Shown here: positions 11,700-23,085 of the stretch, piece by piece
Position numbering within the stretch: the stretch's first letter is position 1
Layout: each line of letters starts with the position of its first letter
From: Octopus sinensis
Lineage: Eukaryota
Length of the DNA: 64,000 nucleotides
Reading direction: 5' to 3'
Assembly (NCBI RefSeq): GCF_006345805.1
Contig: NC_043006.1
Coordinates: 49,910,001 to 49,974,000 of the forward strand
The notes under the pieces: generated by a model
What the model was told of the DNA's origin: nothing
The model's input: the letters and a program-made list of their open reading frames with translations, nothing else
Databases searched by the model: none
Made by a program: the position numbers and the translations under genes

Positions 11700-13165
11700 C
11701 AAACACAGACACAAGATAGCACCAAACAGACAAGAGGAACCAAAAGTGATAAAAAGTATCAATCTAACTCCCAAAGAACTAGCAGTAAACCAAATCAATA
11801 TATTCTCCAAAGGGCTCAAGTTTACGCCCACACTACAACGCCCGAACTACAATTAAATGAAAGTAGACATCGCGGAATTCTGTAGAAAATTACGACTTGC
11901 TGAGGAGCTATACGACAAATACAACGAGGACGAATCGTTGGTCCGAAATAGAAATAATTACAACCCCTCAAAAGGTAAGAACAGAACTCTTGATCATTTC
12001 TGTGAACAAGTCTCGAATTACCCATATCAACATATGCACAAACAAAAACACAAACCAAACTTCAGCAAAAAAGAATGGGCTGAGCTGAACAAATTAAAAG
12101 ATGACAAAACAATAACAATCAAAGAGGCTGATAAAGGGAGTGCAGTTGTCTTAATGGACACGGTATTCTATATAACTCTAGTACTATCCATATTGGAAGA
12201 CAACATATTATGAAAATGCCCAACACTATAGTGAGCACAAAATAATGAGAGACCTAAAATCCATGTTAAACATATACAGAGAAGGGCTCACCGACAAAGA
12301 ATATTACTATATGACCAATTTCAAAAGTAAAACCAGTCAATTCTACGGTATTCCCAAGATACACAAAAGTGGGAAAATAAGTAACGCATGCACCACAAAC
12401 ATAATAATCAATGTCCCTACTCCTAATGACTTCAAAGTGAGACCTATAATAACAGGTCCCGCATGCGAAACACACCACCTCAGTAACGTTTTAGATACCC
12501 TCTTAAAACCATTCCTCAAGCATGTCAAAAGCTATATAAGGGACGACCTGGATATACTCAATCACCTTCCTGAAACTATAAACAAAAATACCCTACTAGT
12601 ATCCTTCGATGTAGTGAACCTCTATTCCAATATACCCCACAACCTAGGAATAGAGGCAATTCAATCGCATCAAAAAAGAATTCGTGATAGAAGGGCTAAA
12701 ATTCATCTTGGAGAATAACTACTTCGTCTTCAAAGACAACTTCTATCGACAAAAATCGGGGACTGTGATAGGTACGAGAATGGTCCCCTCCTTTGCTAAC
12801 CTTGTCATGGGATATCTAGAAATTAGTTTTTATCGTAAGGTTCTAGAAAAATATGGCAGCCCATTCTCTCTCTACATAGAAAATAATTGGAAGAGATACC
12901 TGGATGACTGTTTCATTCTTTGGCATGAAGGTATAGGATTAAAGAATTCCTAGCACTTATAAATGGACTTGACGTAAACATTCAATTCACGACGGAATAT
13001 AGCCATCAACAACTTCCCTTCCTCGACATCCTCATTAAGAAATCTAACAACGTAATAGAAACAGATATATACTATAAGTCCACGGACTCCAAGCAATATC
13101 TACCGTTCAATTCATGCCACCCAGACACACAAGAATGAATATCTCCTTCAACCTAGCAAAAAGGT
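11700..13165 (+). pseudogene. Penelope-like element reverse transcriptase (disrupted)
   Basis: FSKGLKFTPT, EFCRKLRL, IKEADKGSAVVLMD, YGIPKIHK, RPII, LVSFDVVNLYSNIP, YRQKSGTVIGT...SFANL, WKRYLDDCF, PFLDI, YLPFNSCHP. Several stops, frameshifts and a deletion; no endonuclease follows. Confidence 0.93.
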
Positions 13166-14077
13166 CACTTGCATATCTTCAGAAGTACTTGGAAACAGAG
13201 GAACGAAAACTGAAGTCTTGCGACCTATTCTGCATAAATGTGGTGCCTTAATGTCTCATCATTGTTCACTACCGACAAAAAATAAAATAAATAAGTAAAT
13301 AATCTGTTAAACTATGTTGTACACTACTATATCCAATCTATCTTGCCAATAATTTAATTAGCGTTTGCAATGCAGAACTCTCTTTCATTTCGGGCATTTC
13401 ATTTAGCATGTAAAACATTTTCAGAATGCTGTGGGGATTTAGGCTTCACTTTTCATTCAAAATAACAATTATTTTTCAAGAAGACTATTGCCTTCTGTTA
13501 ATCTTCAACCCGAAAAGGCGATTTCAAAAGTTAATTGTTCTCTTCTCAACACACACGCACACACAAATACAAACACACACATGCACGCAAATGTACATTC
13601 ACATAAAAATCTCACATGGAAAATTTCTGGGATGTCTTACAAACCTTCATTGTGCCACTAATAGATTGGACTTGGAGAATACTCATCAGTTTCTTTTTAA
13701 TTTCTTTCCATGAAACTAAGTGTTTCTAAATTTTTATACAAATGTGTTGATACATAACTTAATGCATCTATGATGATAGGTACAAATGCATGTATGTACG
13801 CATGTATGTATGTTTGTATGTATGTATGTATGTATGTATGTATGTATGTATGTATGTATGTATTATGTGCGTGTGTATATATGCATGCATGTAGGGAAGT
13901 AGGTAGGTAGGTAGGTAGGTAGGTAGGTAGGTAGGTTGATAGGTAGGTAGGTCGGTAAGAAAGGAAGATAGATGTGTGTATATTCAATTATAATATTGCT
14001 CAGCTTGATTAGGCCGTTACGTTTTGAGGTCGTTACTTTCTGAGGCCGTTACGGTCTGAGTTCAAATTCCGCCGAGG

Positions 14078-14461
14078 TCGAAACTTAAGTTTAAGGAATT
14101 ATATTGTTTACTACTTTATAATTTCCTCTAGTTAGATACCACTAATAAAGAATTATTTCTTGAACACTAGAGCGAAATTGAAACTGAGGTGGGATTATTG
14201 TGCTGCAGTAATTCCAAATTGATACAGAGAGGATTATCCCGCTGAAGTTTCTTGAAGTTGAAACACAAAGTTATAATACTGTGATTTATGCTCATACAGT
14301 TGAGTGTAATTCTAAAGAGGTGAGGTTTTACTGAGACGCTGGTTTTCAGAGTTCACTTCGATTAGTTCTTGTAAACGGTCCTTGCTATAGCCAATCACTT
14401 AGTCAAGAAGACATTTGCATCTCATTCATTAAAACCTATAAAAGCAGGATTAAACCTCAAA
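14078..14461 (+). repeat. About 380-bp direct repeat, copy 1 (copy 2 at 17022-17373)
   Basis: Alignable from TCGAAACTTAAG to TAAACCTCAAA with roughly 90% identity and two indels. Confidence 0.9.
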
Positions 14462-14623
14462 ACCCCGAAACCACGTAATTGCAAAATGGTATTCTTAAAC
14501 ACAGTTCATGCCGAGTCTATGTAGTGTGCGTCAAGGAGAAAATTCTCTCTTTTTTGATAATAGTGAATTCAAGACATTATTTATTGTCGCAGGGGTTTCT
14601 GGACACCGGTGTTTCGACATATT

Positions 14624-14836
14624 CTTTTCTACTATAGACACAAGGCCCGACATTTTGGGGGAGGGGGCAGTCGATTAGATCGACCCCAGTACGCAACTGG
14701 TACTTAATTTATCGACCCCGAAAGGATGAAAGGTAAAGTCAATCTCGGCCGAATTTGAACTCCGAACATAAAGACAGACAAAATACCACTAAGCATTTCG
14801 CCGAGTGTGCTAACGTTTCTGCCAGCTCGCCGCCAT
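14624..14836 (-). mobile_element. SINE family A
   Basis: Full head-to-tail match to family A; CATATT flanks both sides. Confidence 0.88.
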
Positions 14837-15241
14837 ATTGTGATACATCAGCCAGAAGTACTCTGGTTCTTTGAATCTAGCCAAACAACGACAATCATAT
14901 TTTGTGTTTGAACCTGCTTAGACGTAATAATAATAAATATTCAAATATTCGCCCAAAATCTCGCTGTACATGATGCAAGCACCGATAGTAAACATTTTGT
15001 TCGCTGAAAATATTAACAAAGGCCAGATACTTGATTATACTCAAAAGTCCAGGGTACTTCTAGTTGATGAGAAACAACATTGAAACACCGGTGTCCAAGA
15101 ATTCTCTGTGTCTATGAGACGAGTGTGTTGAACACACTGTTGGCATAAAAGAGAGGTTTTTTCCTTTGACGTATACTATGCCGACTAACATATTTTGCGT
15201 CTGAACCTGCCTAGACGTATTAAAAATAAATAAGCAAGTAT

Positions 15242-16740
15242 TGTTTTAAGGATTTCTATGAGATTGTGTATAGTATTGATGTATTTCATCAAAGCCTTAG
15301 TAGCGGGATTAAACGGCTTGTTTGTTTCTTTCTTTTTAATTCTTACTTAATGTTGGTTTTGATTAACTACTTATAAAGTTTATACCTGATTACTCTTGTA
15401 GCAATATTGTTTTCTTCATTACTATCTTCACTGTTTGAGAAAAGTATTAAGAATGATCTCGTTTGAGATTACAAACATCTTTGGCTAGTTCAACGTTGTT
15501 GTAACCACTAACCTGATTGGTTGACACGTGACGCGATTTGACTCCACTTATTTTCGCGCCACTGGTTGACATGTGACACGAGTGGTCTCCACATAGTTCG
15601 CGCCACTGGTTGACATGTGACGCGGTTTGTCTCTACATATTTCGCGCCATTGTTCCAAAACAGCCAATCACGGCCTTCCATTTCTGAAGTTCGTTTGAGC
15701 CACCCAAACGGTATATAAAGGAGTGTTTTCAGACACCTTTCGTCTTTGGATTCTAGTCCTTGTGAGGACTAAACCTCTGACCACACAGAGCATACTCCAC
15801 CATGTTCCAGTTCGAAAGGCAGACGACCACCAAGCAAAACTATCTACGAAGATTTAGCTTGTACATAAGATGGCTACAGATTCAACTCATACTGTTAGTG
15901 TGAAAGTCTCACCACGGAAAAACAGTCGCAGAATATCTATATCAAGAGAAAAATAACCAAGCAGAACATATAATGAAGACGCTGCAAAAACCAAGCGACA
16001 GACACGACGTCATCGCCAACATCGTCTCTATCTACGAAGATTTAACTTGTACACAAGATAACTACAGATTCAACTCAAGCGGTTAGGTGAAAATCTCACC
16101 ACGGGAAAACGGCTACAGTAAATATATCTGAAAGAATATCCATATCAAGAGAAAGATAAACACAAGTGATTCAACTAATCTCAGCTCCGAGACACATCTT
16201 GATATTGAACTCTTACACTTCGTGTACCTCATAAACAGTAAATCAATTACCTGTCTTTAGTTTTAGTTCTTGTGAGAACTGGCTTCAGAGACAGCGCTAC
16301 TCAACCAAATGATATACGATTGTTCCTGCTACAACTAGCTACGACGCTAATGTACACTCAACACAGAGAGCCTCCTATCTTCGCCGCCTCCACCATCAAG
16401 TACTTATCATGTCAACCACATTCACCCTTATTGTATATGTCACACACACGAACACACAGACACAAACACGTGTTGTTTGCACACACGCACACACGCACTT
16501 GCTAGCACTCACAACCTTCTAACCTTAACACCAATTGTAAATAAAATCTCATCTTCTCTCAAACAGAAGACTTGTTGTCCATCCACTTATGTTCTATTGT
16601 TACTGCATGTATATATGGCTTGTAATAATTCGTTAAGAGTAGAATCACGTGCGATCGTATTTCCTACACGATGCACCGCATGTGATCCTATTTCTCACAC
16701 TCTCAAGACCATTTAGAAGAGCGTGATGTGATGTAGAAAT
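15242..16740 (+). mobile_element. Solo-LTR-like segment (boundaries uncertain)
   Basis: Begins TGTT; contains tandem enhancer-like repeats, CCAAT, TATA and a downstream AATAAA (16540-16545); non-coding. No TSD confirmed. Confidence 0.4.
15516..15720 (+). promoter_or_regulatory. Pol II promoter-like cluster: three ~44-bp repeats with E-box and E2F-like sites, CCAAT box, TATA box
   Basis: Units at 15518, 15563 and 15607 (TGGTTGACAYGTGACRCG...TTCGCGCCA); TTTCGCGC at 15552 and 15640; CCAAT 15664-15668; TATATAAA 15712-15719. Confidence 0.55.
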
Positions 16741-17021
16741 GATAGTACTTAATCATCAAAGATATGACAAAAATGCGCATTATTTCGCACATATATGTGG
16801 AATATATTACATATGTGACCAGCAATTGTTTCCAACGCTATTAAGGTATTACTTTCCGATGCGGCATGACGTTGTTACTAATACAATATATAATACAATC
16901 CATAGAAAAGACAGTCCGTAGTTTGTCAATTATTTATCTGTTATTTCTAGCAGATTTGCCGACTGTCCCCCATTCCACACGTTCTTGTTATATTTAATGT
17001 TGGCCTTAGGAATGTTATAAT

Positions 17022-17373
17022 TCGAAACTTAAGCTTAAGGAATTACGTTGTTTACAACTCTAGTTAGATACCACTAATAAAGAATTATTTCTTGAACACT
17101 AGAGTGAAATTGAAACTGAGGTGGGACTATTGTGCTGCAGTAATTCCAAATTGATACAGAGAGAGGATTATCACGCTGAAGTTTCTTGAAGTTGAAACAC
17201 AAAGTTATTATACTGTGATTTATGCTCATACAGTTGAGTGTAATTCTAAAAGGGTGAGGTTTTACTGAGACGCTGGTTTTTGTAAACGGTCTTTGCTATA
17301 GCCAATCACTTATTCAAGAAGACATTTGTATCTCATTCATTAAAACCTATAAAAGGCAGGATTAAACCTCAAA
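17022..17373 (+). repeat. About 350-bp direct repeat, copy 2
   Basis: See copy 1. Confidence 0.9.
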
Positions 17374-17894
17374 GACATTGAAAAGCTTAACTTTTTTAAT
17401 TCAAGAGACACATAACCATCAAGTTGATAAGGTATTAGACTATAAATTGAGTATTGGACTATAAATTGATTTGATAATTCGAAGTCTATTGCCAATAGCC
17501 AAAGCATTTAATATGATTAAGGCAATCAAATGAGGTGTAAGTAGATACAAGAAATAGAATTGACTAATCGAAATAGATAGATTGTGAGTAACTAGTAAAA
17601 GTATGATATTTCATATTCTTGAATTATGAGTTATGATCAATTCTTCCGTAAGAAAATTCTGTTGTTTTAATTATATTGCGGCCAGAAATCTTCTTTGTCT
17701 GAAAGCTATGAAGCAAGGACTTTCATCAGCTTTCATTGTATGAAGAGGATTAGAGATAAATTTCTCTTATGATAGGATGCTGGTTGTTAGATTATTGCAA
17801 GAAGCTTTTTCCGAGCAATGCAACTGACATACTTTTGCTTATACTTGTGAATAATATTATTTGCAGTACCTACTAAAATTCGGATTGAGTTAAT

Positions 17895-18250
17895 GATAGA
17901 ACCTCTATGTGGTCGTTCAGTTTGCTAAAAATTAGGCCGAATGCTTTTCATATAATACTAAATGTGTTTAATACAAAGAAGGACCTATTGGGTAATGTAG
18001 TTTCAGATAAACTATACCTCAAAAGAGGGAATGTTCACATATAGAACGCCTTTAGTCATATATCTATTCGACCAGGACAGCGCTTAGATCTAGAAATTGC
18101 CACCAAATCTCCTTTAAATCAGTTCCTGGCATCTTAAATGTGGAAAAAGATCGTTTATATAACGTAATCCTTAGCACACGGTCTGATTGCCTTTCCCCCT
18201 TGGTCTGCTCGATTAGGTTGACTTGAGGCTAAACAAAAGCAATAACAATA
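17895..18250 (+). repeat. Degenerate dispersed repeat (family E); related pieces at 21350-21440, 21530-21690 and 23690-23855
   Basis: Shared GGATGGTCATGG.TGGAA...CATAGG...GGCTAAACAAC motifs. Confidence 0.45.
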
Positions 18251-19157
18251 GCATAAACTGTATATGTTGGTGGGTTAGGGTATTAAGAACCTAGAATTCT
18301 TCCAGCAGAGACAATACGTTGCCTGCTGTAGGACACTAATCAATGACTTGCTTGCTGCAAACTCGAAGTATTATCAATTATGTCTGTCGTTTACATATAC
18401 AATAAAACTGAAAAATTACACATTAATCACAGGACATCACCATCAAGCGAAAAATACGTAAATACACAGCAAGAGACAAATACGGTACAAAATACCAAAT
18501 GAAGCCTAACTCCTCCTCGGTTGTCGACTGTTTATTACAACTTGTTTCGTGCTTTTTACAAGACAGGAAAACTTCAGAAGACAGCAGCATCTAGAAATTT
18601 TTAAACTATAAAATTTTTTAAGAGTTAGGGTTTCGAACAAACAAACGGCACCAGAGTGGATGTACGGAAACGATCGACGGAGACAGATGTTTAGGGTTGT
18701 TAGGCCAAGACGAATTGTAATGAGTAACGCCTAGGGGAAATTTTGAAAGGATATAGAATAAAGAGAAGAGTAAAAAAGATATTGAGAGGCGAGAGAAATG
18801 ACGTCCGGCGTCCTAGACGTCCCATCCAGAAAAGACTGAGAAATAAGAAAAATGGCCTATAGTCCCGTATGAACAATAGGTAGAGTGGAAAAGGGACAAG
18901 AGAGATGAGAGAAAGAAATATAGTGAGTGAGGAGAAGGGAGAAGGAAAGAAAGGTAGAGAGTGAAAGAAATACAGACAAGGGACAACAAAGAAAGAGGGA
19001 GAGAAAAGAAATATAGGGATTGTAGAGGGATAGAGAGAGAGAAAGAAAATAGACTGAGAACAGTCGCAGAAATTATATATAAATGTAAAACTTACAGCTG
19101 ACAAAGGGTGCGTTGCTTTCAATTATTAAATAAGAATGATATATATATATATATATA

Positions 19158-19320
19158 AAAATTTAGATTCAGATGAATATGGTACTTAAGTTGAAGGCAC
19201 CAGAATTTAGTATGGTATTGTCTATTTAATTTAAAATAAGGTGATTAAATGGAGTCGCATGAAACGATCGTACTGCATTACCTCTGGATATCCTTGTTGT
19301 TTATTTTGACTACATATATA
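19158..19320 (+). mobile_element. PLE-type terminal repeat with hammerhead-like fold; second copy at 59645-59940
   Basis: AAATTTAGATTCAGATGAATATGGTACTTAAGTTGA shared with 59645; GAAAC-GATC-GTA with palindrome ACGATCGT. Confidence 0.6.
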
Positions 19321-20049
19321 TATTATATATATATATATTATATATATATATATAGTAATGTGTCTCGATAATCTAAAACTTAAACAAATATGATTTTAAA
19401 ATAACATTAAATTTTTATCAATTTTATATGGTGTGCATAATGAGGTCGTAAAGATACTTCCCTTAGAAATAAGTCAGTAGGGAATCTACCCTATAAATGG
19501 AAAACAAATGCAAATGCCACCAACCAAAAGGCCAGAAACGGGGCAATTTAATATGGCATGTGACAGAAATAGGTGATGAGTCAACCAAGTAAAAAGAAAC
19601 AGTTTTAAAAACAACAAAAACAATCTATTGAAAATTATGCTTTATTTCGTTAATACCCGGTTTTAAATTTGAAGAATTGCTGATATGTCAGAAATAGCAA
19701 GAGAAACGAAAACATGTTTTCATTACTGACTTTCTATTGTAATTATTGATTAGAAATTATTCTGCGTGAACTTCGATCCAACAGGCCAAATTTAAGAGAA
19801 CTGGCACATAAATGGCTGCCGAAGACAATTCAGTTGGTTACACTATTGGGAGTTTGCTTTATGTTCGAATAACAATTCTTTTGAAAATTAAAATTTCATG
19901 TTTTATGTTCGAATGATGATTTCCATTCTGTAAATAAAAGAGAAGCATCACAACATCACAACGTCGCAACTATATGCAAACCATTTCTGAACTTAGTTGA
20001 ATAAAATCATTAATTTTTCCATTTCATTAACAAAATTAATATCATTTCA

Positions 20050-20360
20050 AAATCTCTGAGGGTGTTGGCATGGTAGAATCGGTAGGGCATCAGACTGAAC
20101 GCCTCACAGCATTTGTTCTAGTCTGAGTTAAAATTGGGTGCACACATTCTTATATGGTTAACATGTTCACTTTAAAACCATATGGTTCCGGGTTCTATCC
20201 CAGTGCGCACGATTATGTGGTTAAGAAGTTCACTTCAAAATCATGTGTTTCAGGTTCTATTCCAATGCACGGTACCTTGGGCAAGTGCCATTTATCATAC
20301 TCTCGAGTAGACTAAAACTTTTGTAGGTGAAATTTGATAGCCGGAAATGTGTTGAAGCCT
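20050..20360 (+). mobile_element. Degenerate SINE heads (A-like, then B-like)
   Basis: GTTGGCATGGTAGAATCGG...; GGTTCCGGGTTCTATCCC; ACCTTGGGCAAGT. Confidence 0.6.
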
Positions 20361-20894
20361 ATTGGGTGGAGTAACTGTTCGTATGTTTAGATGATAAGCA
20401 TATTCCCCCACTCATTTTAACACCACCCCGTAGCTTTTAATCACCGTTAACGCTGTCCACTCCTTTGCAAATATTTGTCTTAGATTGAAAATCGAGAAGA
20501 AATCCTTCCATTCAGTTCGCCTGCCTTGGAAATTCAATAGTACCGATTTACGTTCTCAGATTAAGCCAGAATATAATGAAAACATCAAGAACATGGAAAT
20601 AAGAAGAGGAACAGCAAAAATGATTAAGAAGCGTAACCATAACAACAGCAAACACCTCAGTTGTAACTAAGAGAATAGCAGCAGTAGAACAACGTCAAAG
20701 TGATTAGAAAAAATTCCTAATATAACTGCAATGATAACGACGTAAATAAGAGAGGAAAACAAGACCAGCAATTTCGAAAACGTAGTCGACAGTAATAGCA
20801 ATTACGATAACGATGACGACAACAATATGTCTGCCTCATCCTCTTTCGCCACCACCACCACCACCGCCGCCGCCACCACCACCACCACCACCAT

Positions 20895-21240
20895 CACCAA
20901 CAACGGACTCGCGGTCGGAGGATCGCGGTTTCGATTCCCGTTGTGTGTGTTTATTGAGCGAAAACATCTAAAGCTCCACGAGACTCCGGCAGGGGGTGGT
21001 AGCTACCCCTGTTGTACTCTTTCGCCCCAACTTTCTCTCACTCTTTCTTCCTGTTTCTTGTCCCCGACTTCCTACGCAACCGCTGAGCCTGAATGCGCAT
21101 TCATCCATCCGTCGATGCTCTCGGTGTCGGGGGTTGACCTGCTTTCTCTTCTGCGGGTCTTACGAATAGCAAAGGACCACGATTCGGACGAAGACTGCTT
21201 CGCTCAACAGCAACAGCAACAGCAACCAACAACAAAATAG
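20895..21240 (+). mobile_element. SINE family C, 5'-truncated, with a different 3' tail ending in (CAA/CAG)n
   Basis: Matches family C to CTTCCTGTTTCTTG (~21060), then diverges from the three other copies. Confidence 0.75.
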
Positions 21241-22177
21241 CTGCTACTTGGTCGCTCGGCCTTTTAGAAGTAGCAGCCAAGTGGCCTTCGAATCCGTCGT
21301 CTTTTAAATAGAGGATATACATCCGTTAATATTAATGTATATGTGACAGTCCATACCAAAAAAGACAGGATGGTCATGGTTGGAATGCTTTTTATCATAG
21401 GTTTTTTTGATCAAGTTGTCCTATAGCTAAACAACTACTACAGGCTATATCCAACAACGAGAAAAAAAACACTTAAATGTCAACAATATTAAACTCTCGA
21501 TTTTATAGAAATAACAGTCAAATATCTCTCGAAAAACAACCCCACCAGCTGAAATAATGAAGAAAACATTGGACAATATAGTCTCTGATATTTCATAAGA
21601 AATATATGATCGTCGTGGCTGGAGAGCCTTTAATCATAGGTCTACTCTATGAGGACTAACCTAGGGCTAAAACAACAAGGAGGATAACAAGGAAAGTATT
21701 ACAGAAAGGCCAAAAATATAAAAGCAGTACCAGCAGTAAGTTGAGACACGAAGGTCTGTTGGCAATTATGTTTGTGTTTTTGTGTCAGTGTGTCACCCTA
21801 CTAGTCATCCACCGGTTGACAACTGGTGTTGATTTGTTTATATCCTCGTAAACAAATCAGCAGTTGGACGAAAGAGATTTTAAAAACAAACATAAGTACT
21901 GGGATCGATTTGTTTGACTAAAATTCTTCAAGTTGGTACCCCTGCACGACCGTAGTCTTATGAGAGAAGCAAGTAAAAAAAAATAAAAAACAGACAGAAC
22001 ACAATGACAAATGAAGTGAAGCATATTACTCTTGTAGATTATAATCCGTCATATGATGAATAATGTTCGAAATATAATTCCACTCTGGCGGCTAATACCT
22101 GTTAATGGTTACGAAGTTGGTTTCACAATCATGATGTCTCATGTTCGATCCCATTGCGTGACACCTTACGTAACAGT

Positions 22178-22471
22178 GTGGAGGCGCAATGGCCCAGTGG
22201 TTAGGGCAGCGGACTCGCGGTTGGAGGATCGCGGTTTCGATTCCCAGACCGGGCGTTGTGTGTGTTTATTGAGCGAAAACACCTAAAGCTCCACGAGGCT
22301 CCGGCAGGGTATGGTGGTGACCCTGTTATACTCTTTCGCCACAACTTTCTCTCACTCTCTCTTCCCGTTTCTTGAGTAACGTCCATCTGGGGGGAACACA
22401 TACGCCACAGAAACCGGGAAAATGGGCCCATGAACCTGGCTAGGCTTGAAAAGGGCGTTTATCGTTTATCG
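22178..22471 (+). mobile_element. SINE family C with perfect 12-bp TSD
   Basis: A/B boxes TGGCCCAGTGG and GTTTCGATTCC; TTACGTAACAGT at 22166-22177 and 22472-22483; tail (GTTTATC)2. Confidence 0.92.
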
Positions 22472-22849
22472 TTACGTAACAGTCCAAAGCATCCAAATAT
22501 TTTAAGTGATTCAAACATTTTAAGTGACATTGGATAGATGGAAACAGTATTAAATGTTAGATGCGTTGCGTTAGATGGATTGTGCCTGTAATATACAAGG
22601 ATTCTGACTTATCCCACAAAAGTGTCACCCTGAGAATTATGCTAAGGGTACGCGTTTATTCGCCATAAGGTCCTGTCCTTGTTGCGATGTGATGGCTTTT
22701 GTGTCTTAATCATCCTAAGAGTTATGCCAGTGGAACGCAAGGCTCCCATACTGAACAGATCAATGGAAAAAGCCAGAGTAATATGAACCAGCTCTTCATA
22801 AAGGTAAAAGTGGGTTTGAGTAGAGCCGAAACCCCTACTCAGTAGAAGA

Positions 22850-23085
22850 AAACAAGTTACAGAAGTATCGATGACAATTCAAAACGGACAAGACCAGAGG
22901 GAGGAAGGCCTTCCTTCAGGGAAACATGCCTGGAGCTTAACTGGAGATGGAACCCACAAGGGAGGCAGAAGAGATTCTGAAAAAGCATGGATCCAGCCGA
23001 AGAGAAGCAGAAAACAGTCTAGAGTTGAAAAGAATAGAAATTAGTCGTCAATGGCCTGTGCTCCATAGGGAGCAAAGGACTTAAT
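22850..23085 (+). mobile_element. RTE-clade (SR2/Perere-3-like) LINE 3' remnant
   Basis: RWNPQGRQKR and terminal NGLCSIGSKGL* resemble the end of RTE ORFs. Confidence 0.55.

Noticed and set aside
15518-15649. CRISPR-like or iteron-like reading of the 44-bp repeats (also the 14-bp repeats at 44636-44690)
   Set aside because: The intervening parts are homologous to each other rather than unique spacers, there are no cas or rep genes, and the context is eukaryotic.
14078-17373. LTR retrotransposon defined by the two 380-bp repeats
   Set aside because: No TG/CA termini, PBS, PPT, TSD or gag-pol remnant.
18520-18590. Minus-strand CTGAAGT...GAAAC-AAGTT-GTA
   Set aside because: A9 is missing and stems I and II do not pair; at most a heavily decayed relic.
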